From assembly GCA_036845805.1 (NCBI GenBank), contig DAIUDD010000001.1, positions 628-64,627 of the forward strand: DNA of 64,000 bases, read 5' to 3'. Position 1 is the first letter of the stretch. The number at the start of each line of letters is the position of its first letter. The position numbers were made by a program, and so were the translations under genes. This DNA is from Patescibacteria group bacterium. Lineage in GTDB: Bacteria; Patescibacteriota; Patescibacteriia; UBA2196. Below, piece after piece: positions 9,072-17,286 of this stretch. Under the pieces are notes generated by a model. That model worked only from the letters and a program-made list of their open reading frames with translations, was not told the DNA's origin and searched no databases.

Positions 9072-9349
9072 TGAAAAAAAAGAAACCGGCTTTGCGATGG
9101 AGAGTGTGGCTCAGTTTGTCCTTTTTCGTTTTGGGGCTAGTTGTTCAGCTAGTCTACAAAACCGTGGAAGGACCGACACTGGGTGCCATCGCCGCACAGC
9201 AGGCTCAGAACAGCGATGTGGCTTATGCCAAATCGCACTTTTTCATCAACATGGTCACGATTCCCGGCGCCGTCTGGACTGGAATTTTTATCATCCTGGC
9301 TCTGACATGGATCACATACGCCGTGGCTTTTTATCGGACCGCGAAGTGA
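9072..9349 (+). CDS. Small membrane protein (GC-rich)
   Basis: GTG start with ggagg RBS, two TM helices, and upstream promoter ttgaca-17-taagct at 8974. The ORF-track start at 8993 is probably an upstream extension. Confidence 0.4.
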
Positions 9350-9374
9350 ACCAAAACAAAGGAGTGGAAAAGCT

Positions 9375-10373
9375 ATGAAAAAGAGTATGTTGGTCGTCAC
9401 CATGGTCGTGCTGTTTTCGATCCTTTTCGCTTGCGCGCCATATAAAACTCCGATCTTTGTGGAGATCCAGCCCAACGAAACGGCGTTCCTAGTACCCATG
9501 GAAGGAGCCACAAAAGATAATCAAGCTGCTTTTATGAGTGAAGATTATCTCCGTGATGCCAAGGTGGCTTTAAAGAGAATAGAAATTCCTCAACGCCAAG
9601 TGAGCACAGGACGTATGTGGTGGAGTGAAAAATGGATCCCCACGATGCGCGTTATTGTTGTCAATCGCACACCCGTTACTCGTGAATGGACAGTTGATTC
9701 AAACACCGGGACAAGCACGAAAAACGAAGCTTTGGCTACATCATCCAAGGAGTCCATTCCATTTTATGTCGGTTTAACCATTACCGCCTCAATTTTGGAA
9801 GAAGATGCTCCTCGTTTTTTATACCGATACGCCGGTTCGTCATTGGCGGATGTATTGGATAATAACGTTCGAGGCACCACTCTTGCCAAACTTTCCGATA
9901 ATTTTGGAAAGCTAACGGTTGATCAATGCCGGCTTAATAAGAGTGAAATCGTTGGCAAAATTTTTCAGGAAGTCTCCCTGAAGTATAAAGAAGAAGGTGG
10001 AATAACTATTGATGCCATGGGCACCTCCGGGTCATTAGTTTTCTTGGATGAAAATATTCAAACGCGTGTTAACGCAGTGTTCATTGCTGAACAAAACATC
10101 CAAGTGCAAATGAATGAAAAACTGGCACAGGAGGAAACCAATAAAAAGGTTAAGTCCATTGCCGAGACGCGCCTTTATGAGGCCCAGAAATTCGCGGCAG
10201 CCCAGAATGCCACCAACGATATGGTAAAACTGGAAATCCAAAAAATGGGTGCCCAGGCCATGCTCAATGTTTCCGAAGGCATGAGAGACGGCAAGCTCCA
10301 ATTGCCATCCAACATGCTGCCGATTGGTAGTCAACTCCTTTTCGGGATTGACTCCAAGCCGGCTCAAAAGTAG
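9375..10373 (+). CDS. Lipoprotein with coiled-coil C-terminal region (possibly SPFH/band-7-like), GC-rich
   Basis: Signal peptide with lipobox LFAC, then a long Ala/Gln/Glu-rich region EAQKFAAAQNATNDMVKLEIQKMGAQAM. A terminator follows at 10396-10430. Confidence 0.35.
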   Translation: MKKSMLVVTMVVLFSILFACAPYKTPIFVEIQPNETAFLVPMEGATKDNQAAFMSEDYLRDAKVALKRIEIPQRQVSTGRMWWSEKWIPTMRVIVVNRTPVTREWTVDSNTGTSTKNEALATSSKESIPFYVGLTITASILEEDAPRFLYRYAGSSLADVLDNNVRGTTLAKLSDNFGKLTVDQCRLNKSEIVGKIFQEVSLKYKEEGGITIDAMGTSGSLVFLDENIQTRVNAVFIAEQNIQVQMNEKLAQEETNKKVKSIAETRLYEAQKFAAAQNATNDMVKLEIQKMGAQAMLNVSEGMRDGKLQLPSNMLPIGSQLLFGIDSKPAQK

Positions 10374-10479
10374 CCGACGATAAAGTCGCGCTACGCCCCC
10401 AGCTCTCTTCGGAGAACTGGGTTTTTTATTTTATTTACATTGACATTTACCTCTTAAAACCGCTAAAATTAAGCTAACT

Positions 10480-11712
10480 ATGAATTTAATTACTTCCTTT
10501 AAAACCGCAGTCAAAATCTTACGCACTAATCGGCGCCGGACTTTTTTAACCGTGCTTGGCATTATTATTGGCGTGGCCGCCGTGATTATTATTATGTCGG
10601 TTGGCGCTGGCGCTCAAAGTTTAATTTTTGATCAATTTAGTTCTTTTGGCTCTAATTTAATTAGCGTCATGCCCGGTTTTAGCGATGAAAAAGGACCGCC
10701 TGCCTCTGTTATGGGTATTGTCGTTACCACCTTAAAACAAAGCGATGCGGAAGAATTAAAAAAAATTAAAGAAATAGAAAGCGTGGCCAGTTATGTTCGT
10801 GGCATTGATACTATTACTTGGCAAAACCGCGAGGTTGATGCCACTTTTGTTGGCACCAACGTTGATTATGTGGCAGTGGAATCAGTTAAAATTGAACGCG
10901 GTAATTTTTTTGATGAAAGCGATGAAAAAAGTTTAGCGCGCGTGGCGGTTTTAGGCTATCAGGTGGCCGAAGATTTATTTGGCAATCAAAATCCGGTTGG
11001 CGAAGAAATAAAAATAAAACGTGAACGTTTTCGAGTGATTGGCGTCGTAGCCAAAAGGGGAGTGGAAGCGTTTCAAAATCAAGACAATTTAGTTTTCGTG
11101 CCACTGTTAACCGCTCAAAAAATATTACTGGGCATTGATCATGTTAATATGATTCGCGCGCGCGTTTTTAATGATAGCGATGTGCCAGTAGCTATTGAAC
11201 AAATCGAACAAATTTTACGCGCCAATCATGATATTTTTAGTCAAGATGAAGATGATTTTAGTGTTCGTGCCGCTATTCAAGCCCTTGATGCTTTAAAACA
11301 AGTAACCGATGCTCTGACTTTGTTTTTAGCCGCCATTGCCGCTATTTCGCTTTTAGTCGGCGGAGTCGGTATTATGAATATTATGCTCGCCTCAGTAACT
11401 GAACGGACCAAAGAGATTGGTTTGCGCAAAGCCATCGGCGCCACTGCCAATGGCATTCAAAATCAATTTTTAACCGAAGCCGTGGTGATTACAGTCGTGG
11501 GCGGCGCTACTGGTATTGCTTTTGGTTTTTTATTTTCTGGCCTGATTGCTTTGGTGGCTAATTATTTAGGTTATAATTGGCAATTTGTTATTACCCTTTC
11601 TTCTGTTTTATTAGGTCTTGGTGTGTCTTCCTTGGTTGGCATTATTTTTGGCTGGTATCCAGCTCGCCGCGCCGCTCGTCTCGAACCTGTCGAAGCACTG
11701 CGGTATGAATAA
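10480..11712 (+). CDS. ABC transporter permease, MacB/FtsX family
   Basis: N-terminal TM, MacB periplasmic domain, and C-terminal FtsX four-helix region (LLVGGVGIMNIMLASVTERTKEIGLRKAIGA). Confidence 0.85.
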   Translation: MNLITSFKTAVKILRTNRRRTFLTVLGIIIGVAAVIIIMSVGAGAQSLIFDQFSSFGSNLISVMPGFSDEKGPPASVMGIVVTTLKQSDAEELKKIKEIESVASYVRGIDTITWQNREVDATFVGTNVDYVAVESVKIERGNFFDESDEKSLARVAVLGYQVAEDLFGNQNPVGEEIKIKRERFRVIGVVAKRGVEAFQNQDNLVFVPLLTAQKILLGIDHVNMIRARVFNDSDVPVAIEQIEQILRANHDIFSQDEDDFSVRAAIQALDALKQVTDALTLFLAAIAAISLLVGGVGIMNIMLASVTERTKEIGLRKAIGATANGIQNQFLTEAVVITVVGGATGIAFGFLFSGLIALVANYLGYNWQFVITLSSVLLGLGVSSLVGIIFGWYPARRAARLEPVEALRYE

Positions 11713-11831
11713 TAAAAATTTAAAATTCAAAAATCAAAAATTAAAATTACAATTTAAAATCATTAAAATTTTTAAAAAATTTTAATACTTTAATTTTGAC
11801 TTTTGCCTTTTAACTTTTGTTTTTATTTTTT

Positions 11832-13079
11832 ATGTCTTTTCTCTCTACTCTCCATATTGCTTATCGTGCTATCAGATTGCACAAAGTCCGTTCGGTTTTA
11901 ACCGTACTCGGTCTTTTAATTGGCGTCATGTCTATTATTATTGTCATGAATGTCGGGCAGGGTTTAAAAGGTTTAATTTTAGATTATATAAAAATTTTTG
12001 GCTCGGATTATGTGCAAGTGGAAACAAAAGTTCCTACTACCGCTAGAAATTCAGCTGACAACGCTACTAGCATGGCCCAAGGCGTGACCGTTACCACTAT
12101 GAAAATTTCTGATGCCGAGGCGGTTGGTCGTCATCCTAATGTCAAAGGCTACTATGCTGGTCAGATGGGCCAGGCCGTGGCTTCCTATTTAGACGAGAAA
12201 AAAACCGCCATGCTTTGGGGTATTTCCAGCAGTTTTTTTACTTTATCTGAAGCCAAGGTGGAAGCGGGTCGCGAATTTAGTGATGAAGAGGATCGTTCTC
12301 AGGCACGGGTAGTTGTTTTGGGCGCCAACTTAAAAGAGAAACTTTTTGGTTCTGATGACGCTTTGGAAAAATATATAAAAATTGGTAATAAAAATTTTAA
12401 AGTTATTGGCGTTTTGGAAAAACAAGGCGGCAGCATGTTTTTTGACATGGATTCAATTGTTTTTATGCCGGTCAGAACTTTGCAAAAACAAATTATGGGT
12501 GTTGATCATATTCAATTTTTTACTGTTTATTTAAAAGATGCCAGTCAGGCCTATGCCACCGCTGCCGAGATCGAAGATATTTTAAGAGCCGAACATAAAA
12601 TTACTGATCCTAAAAAAGATGACTTTTCTGTCACCACTATGGACGAGGCCATGGGCATGTTAAATACTGTCACTGGTGGCATTTCACTTTTGCTTGTTGC
12701 TATTGCCGCTATTTCTTTAATTGTCGGTGGGGTCGGTATTATGAATATTATGTATGTTTCGGTGACTGAGCGTACTTATGAAATTGGTTTAAGAAAAGCC
12801 TTGGGCGCCACTAGCAAAAATATTTTATGGCAATTTTTATGGGAAGCGATTTTTTTAACTTTTTTAGGCGGTTTGATTGGTGTTTTTCTGGGTACGATTT
12901 TTAGTTTTCTCGGCGCCATAGCCGCTAAATCCGCCGGCTTTGATTTGGGCTTGAATTTTTCTTTAACTGGTTTTATTTTAGGCACGGTTTTTTCCGCCAC
13001 GGTCGGTTTGATTTTTGGCGTTTATCCGGCGCGCAAAGCCGCCGCTTTGGATCCGGTCGAAGCGTTGAGACAAGAATAA
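11832..13079 (+). CDS. ABC transporter permease, MacB/FtsX family (paralog)
   Basis: Same architecture, with LIVGGVGIMNIMYVSVTERTYEIGLRKALGA. ATG at 11832 preferred over the upstream TTG. Confidence 0.85.
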   Translation: MSFLSTLHIAYRAIRLHKVRSVLTVLGLLIGVMSIIIVMNVGQGLKGLILDYIKIFGSDYVQVETKVPTTARNSADNATSMAQGVTVTTMKISDAEAVGRHPNVKGYYAGQMGQAVASYLDEKKTAMLWGISSSFFTLSEAKVEAGREFSDEEDRSQARVVVLGANLKEKLFGSDDALEKYIKIGNKNFKVIGVLEKQGGSMFFDMDSIVFMPVRTLQKQIMGVDHIQFFTVYLKDASQAYATAAEIEDILRAEHKITDPKKDDFSVTTMDEAMGMLNTVTGGISLLLVAIAAISLIVGGVGIMNIMYVSVTERTYEIGLRKALGATSKNILWQFLWEAIFLTFLGGLIGVFLGTIFSFLGAIAAKSAGFDLGLNFSLTGFILGTVFSATVGLIFGVYPARKAAALDPVEALRQE

Positions 13080-13253
13080 AATGTATTATGATTTTTGTAG
13101 GGGTGGGTTTAAAACCCACCCTTTTGTTTTTATCAATATTTCAATATTTTATTTGTAGAGACAAAAAATTTTTGCCCTCCTTGCTCCATTTTTATTGAAG
13201 GCGGGGTTCCGGAACCCCGCCTTCACAACAGGACAGCTCCAGAGCCGCTCTAC

Positions 13254-13280
13254 ATTTTTTGTAACTCTGGTCTTCCCGCC
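13254..13280. repeat. Direct repeat ttttttgtaacYctggtctt, copy 1; copy 2 at 13590-13615
   Basis: tacattttttgtaactctggtcttcccgcc matches attatttttttgtaaccctggtctttaacc; the pair flanks the putative ncRNA locus. Confidence 0.5.
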
Positions 13281-13350
13281 CCGCCGTCTGGCAGGTAGAC
13301 CGGATTTTTTTAAAGCTTGACAAAAAAAACGCTTATGCTAAGATAGTTTT

Positions 13351-13548
13351 AGAAAGATTTTTAAAAAGGCACATCGTCCCAGCGGGTGTGTGCTAGTACT
13401 GCGAACAGCTGGGTATGGGACAGAGGTAGCCTTACTCTGCTCCAGAACGGCTATAAGGCTGCAGCCCGTCTAAGGTGTGCCCTTGCTGGACGGGAATAAG
13501 ATGGCGCGGCACAACGCCCAGGCGAAACATGCCTGGGCTTTTTTTATT
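13351..13548 (+). ncRNA. Candidate structured small RNA (~200 nt, GC-rich) with its own promoter and intrinsic terminator; identity unknown
   Basis: Promoter ttgaca-16-taagat at 13317-13344. Multiple internal hairpins (ggctgcagcc, gggacagagg/ctctgctcc, cgtcccagc/gctggacg). Terminator cccaggcgaaacatgcctggg plus T7 at 13516-13546. No ORF. Confidence 0.45.
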
Positions 13549-13685
13549 CTGTCATAATTATATACTTCATTTTTTTATTTTTGATTTATAATTATTTTTT
13601 TGTAACCCTGGTCTTTAACCGGAGTTTTTAAAAATAAAAAAGCCGAGGTGTGCGCCTCGGCTGTATTGCTACTAACTATGTTAGA

Positions 13686-14237
13686 TTAGAAGAGGAAATC
13701 CAACCCCACATAGCTTTTGTCTTTCATCAAGGTCCCCCAGACCTTAATTTTTTTAGAGGAAAACTCGACGCGCGGGCCAGTACGACGGCCAACGCCAACG
13801 ACCGTTTCGTTGAGGGCACCAACGCCGAGCGTTTTCCAAACTTGGCAATTGGCGATTTGGCGATGCCAGTAGCCGTTTCCGGCTTCATAGAAGCCGATGA
13901 ATGAGATCGGTCCCTTCCCCAACCAAATAAAACTCCCATAACGGTTGGGGTCGGCACCGTTTTGGATGCCGTAGGCCAGGCCCATTTGGCACCAAGATGT
14001 CGGCGCGAGCGACGGACCCGCGTAAGCCTCGGCCCAATATTGACTGATGAGGGCCCATCCCCACCAGCCAATTTTGCCAACCAGAGATCCGCCAACCGAA
14101 ATGTCGATCTGGTTGGCAACCTTGAGGTCACTTCCCGCGGGTTTGGTAAGGCCCGATTGGACCTCAACGAAATTCTGCGCGGTCGCCACTGCAACCAGCG
14201 CCAGAATCATCGCCAAAACTTCCATCATTTTTTTCAT
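13686..14237 (-). CDS. Small outer-membrane beta-barrel protein (OmpW/OmpX-like), GC-rich
   Basis: Signal peptide MKKMMEVLAMILALVAVATA-QNF. Alternating hydrophobic strands and a C-terminus YVGLDFLF with terminal Phe (BAM beta-signal). Terminator gccgaggtgtgcgcctcggc on the minus strand. 183 aa. Confidence 0.6.
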   Translation of the reverse strand: MKKMMEVLAMILALVAVATAQNFVEVQSGLTKPAGSDLKVANQIDISVGGSLVGKIGWWGWALISQYWAEAYAGPSLAPTSWCQMGLAYGIQNGADPNRYGSFIWLGKGPISFIGFYEAGNGYWHRQIANCQVWKTLGVGALNETVVGVGRRTGPRVEFSSKKIKVWGTLMKDKSYVGLDFLF

Positions 14238-14482
14238 TTTTCCCTCCTTGGGAATTAAATTATTATCTGTGATTTATATTTAAAATTATTTTTTCATTTA
14301 AAAAAACTCTTCCACAAAGAAGAGCGCATATTGGCCGAAATTAGCCAAATTATTTCTCTTCTCTTGTAACTATATTATAGCAAATTCACAGAAAATGTCA
14401 ATACCTAATCTGTGTATAAAACAAAAAAATGACTTTCATTAGCCATTTTTTTATATTTTATTTTTATCTCTATAAATCTTTT

Positions 14483-15190
14483 TTATTTAATTAATCCTGC
14501 CTTTCTCCTTTCTATTACTTTTTCATCACTCATAATTTCTCCGTCTTTTAATTTAATAATCCGCTCGGCATATTCGGCCGTATATTGTTCATGAGTGACT
14601 AAAATAATTGTTTTGCCTTGCTCATGTAATTTGTTTAAAATTTGCATCACCTGTTCGCCAGATTTTGAATCCAAATTACCGGTTGGTTCGTCCGCAAAAA
14701 TAAGTGCTGGTTGATTAACCAAAGCTCGGGCAATGGCCACCCTTTGTTTTTCCCCGCCCGATAATTGGTTAGAAAGATTTTCTATTCTGTGTGTTAAATC
14801 CACTGCTTCGACTGCTTGCCTCGACATTTTTTCTTTTTCTGCTGGTGTTAAATTGGGCGTGTAAGTCAGCGGCAATTTAACATTTTCTAAAACCGAAGTG
14901 CGCGGCAATAAATTAAATTGCTGAAAAACAAAACCAATTTCCGCATTGCGCAAGGCCGCTAATTTTTCATCACTAAATTCCGCTGTATTTTCGCCCTTAA
15001 AAATATAGGCGCCCTTGGTCGGTCGGTCTAAGAAACCCAAAATATGCATTAAGGTCGATTTGCCTGAACCAGATTTTCCCATAATCGCCACAAACTCGCC
15101 TTGATTGATGGAAAAATTTAAATCAAACAAAACTGGCGTCACCACTTCATCATTCACATAATCTTTAAATAAGTTTTTAGCTTCGATTAA
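14483..15190 (-). CDS. ABC transporter ATP-binding protein (MacB/LolD-type ATPase)
   Basis: Walker A GKSGSGKST, signature LSGGEKQRVAIARAL, Walker B LIFADEPT. Probable start at MLIEAKNLFKDY. Confidence 0.9.
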   Translation of the reverse strand, partial: LIEAKNLFKDYVNDEVVTPVLFDLNFSINQGEFVAIMGKSGSGKSTLMHILGFLDRPTKGAYIFKGENTAEFSDEKLAALRNAEIGFVFQQFNLLPRTSVLENVKLPLTYTPNLTPAEKEKMSRQAVEAVDLTHRIENLSNQLSGGEKQRVAIARALVNQPALIFADEPTGNLDSKSGEQVMQILNKLHEQGKTIILVTHEQYTAEYAERIIKLKDGEIMSDEKVIERRKAGLIK

Positions 15191-15340
15191 CATTTTTTTA
15201 ATTTCCAAGATACAATTTTCAATTTCCAAATAAGTATCAAATTTCAATAACCAAATTTAAATTATTGGGGATTATAATTTGATTTTTGTAATTTATTTGG
15301 AAATTGTTTCTTGATTATTGGAATTTACTAAAGGTTAATT
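15190..15340. repeat. AT-rich palindromic intergenic repeat, copy 3 (reverse orientation)
   Basis: ccaagatacaattttcaatttccaaataag...tttatttggaaattgtttcttgattattggaatttac sits between the HlyD stop and the ATPase start. Confidence 0.55.
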
Positions 15341-17029
15341 TTTTACAAACGTTATTACTTCTTCTCCCGCCTGCAAACCAGAAATAATTTCTATGCCCTC
15401 ATTACCTTTTAAACCAATTATTACTGTTTTATCTGCAGTGATATTTTTTTTAGCATCAACCAAAACAGTGACATATTTATCGCCATTTTGACTTTTCACT
15501 GCTCTTCCCGGCACCACCAAAACCTGATCTTTTTTAGCTGTGCAAATGGTTACATTAGCGGTCATGCCCGGCTTGACGCCGATTGCTGTTTGATCATTAA
15601 ATTGTACTGTCACTTTATAATAAACCACGTCTTGGATTTCTGTTTCGGCCGGATCAACAAAAACCACCTGGCCCATAAATTTTTGATCTGGCCCAAAAGC
15701 GTCCAAGGTAATTTCTACTTCTTGGCCGACTTGCACTTTGGCAATATCCGATTCGGGAATATCTACTTTTATTTCCAAATTGGTTTTGCCAATCATTTCT
15801 AAAACCGGTGTAGTTAATAATGATTGTTCGCCCACTGAAAAATTTTTCTTGGTAATAGTGCCATCAACCGGCGCAACAATTATCGCATCATTAAAATTGG
15901 CGCGGGCTAAAGCTAAACTGGCGCTGGCTTGCGCCACTCGTGCTTCGGCTGATTTAATATCATAGCTTTGGGCCGGTTTCTTTTTTAGCAGCAATTCTGC
16001 CTCGGCAATGGTCAGGGCTTTTTGAGCGCTCGCCACCGAATTTTCAGCTGAAGCAATTAGATCTTCGTAATAACTTATTTTATTAAGCCAGCTGGCTTTA
16101 GCACTTTGCAAGGTGGAATTGGCTGTATTAATGGCGGTTTGTCTGGTTTTGATATTAGTTTTTAAAGCGTCTAATTCGGTTTCGCTTAAATCAGCAGAAG
16201 TGGTCGTGGCGCCTAAGACATCTAAAGTATCAGCCAAGGCGGTAGCAATTTTGTTAAGCACATTTTTTAAATTGTCACTTATAATTTTCAAATCTTCCGT
16301 ACCAACTGTCAGCTCTAAAGTGTTAATAGTATTTTTTATTTCCTCATAAGCTGTTTGGGCCACAATTTTATTTGTTTCGGCAATATTTAATAACTCTTTG
16401 TTTTTTATTGATAAGGTTCCTTGAGCATCAGTATCATTTAAAGAATTATCAATTTCTTCCAAAGCCGCTTGGGCCGTAACCAATTCATTTTTAAGTGTGG
16501 TAATCAAAGCGTCTTTCAAATTATTTATTTCCACCGCCCCTTTGCTTTTGGTAGTATTTAAATTACTTTCCGCGTTTAATAATTCTTGTTCTTTTTGTAC
16601 TACTCTATCTTCATAAACTTTAATATCTTCAGCCGTGGCCCCGGCTTTTATTTTTTCATAATCAGCTTGAGCTTGTCTGACCGCTGCTTCCGCGTTAGTA
16701 ATTTGACTAGCTAAAGCGCCAGTATCTAAACTGGCTAATTTTTGATTTGCCACCACCTTGTCACCGGCTTTGACTAGAATTTCTTTAATCCGACCAGTAG
16801 TTTTAAAGTTTAAATTAATGGCTTGGGCTGAAGCCACTTGTCCGGTTACATCTACGGTTTGTTTTAAAGTCATAATTTCTACTTTGGCCGTGGTATAGGT
16901 GATGGTTTGGCCGGATTTTTTAGCGCGATAAACTAGACCGATAATTATAATTAAAATTATTAAGCCGATAATCACAAATTTTTTGCGGAATATTTTTAGC
17001 ATATTTTTATAAAAAATTATTATTGCCAT
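15335..17029 (-). CDS. HlyD/MacA-family periplasmic adaptor (membrane fusion protein)
   Basis: N-terminal TM, long coiled coil, and C-terminal beta-barrel/lipoyl-like region (VAPVDGTITKKNFSVGEQ...). 564 aa. Confidence 0.8.
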   Translation of the reverse strand: MAIIIFYKNMLKIFRKKFVIIGLIILIIIIGLVYRAKKSGQTITYTTAKVEIMTLKQTVDVTGQVASAQAINLNFKTTGRIKEILVKAGDKVVANQKLASLDTGALASQITNAEAAVRQAQADYEKIKAGATAEDIKVYEDRVVQKEQELLNAESNLNTTKSKGAVEINNLKDALITTLKNELVTAQAALEEIDNSLNDTDAQGTLSIKNKELLNIAETNKIVAQTAYEEIKNTINTLELTVGTEDLKIISDNLKNVLNKIATALADTLDVLGATTTSADLSETELDALKTNIKTRQTAINTANSTLQSAKASWLNKISYYEDLIASAENSVASAQKALTIAEAELLLKKKPAQSYDIKSAEARVAQASASLALARANFNDAIIVAPVDGTITKKNFSVGEQSLLTTPVLEMIGKTNLEIKVDIPESDIAKVQVGQEVEITLDAFGPDQKFMGQVVFVDPAETEIQDVVYYKVTVQFNDQTAIGVKPGMTANVTICTAKKDQVLVVPGRAVKSQNGDKYVTVLVDAKKNITADKTVIIGLKGNEGIEIISGLQAGEEVITFVKN

Positions 17030-17286
17030 ATTATAGCTAATTTTACATCTTTTTGCAAGTTTTTTATAAATTTGACAAAGTATTTTTATTGTGCTATTAT
17101 TTTTTTACAAAATTAAGAAGTTCTTTAAAAAATAGCCCAAAAACGGGTTAATTTTGTTAAATAAAAAGGAGGTTAAAGGAAAAGAAAAAAATGTTTTTCC
17201 TGCAGGAAACTACTTTTGGGTGGGGATTTTTAATTCGTGAGTTATGTTATGTAAAGAAAAAAGAAAGTTGTAAAACGGAGGTTAAG

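Noticed and set aside
13351-13548. Specific assignment of the GC-rich small RNA as 6S, SRP or RNase P RNA
   Set aside because: I could not locate SRP domain-IV motifs (GGAA tetraloop/AGCAG), RNase P P4 strands, or a 6S-type extended helix with central bubble by manual inspection. The class is left open pending covariance-model search.
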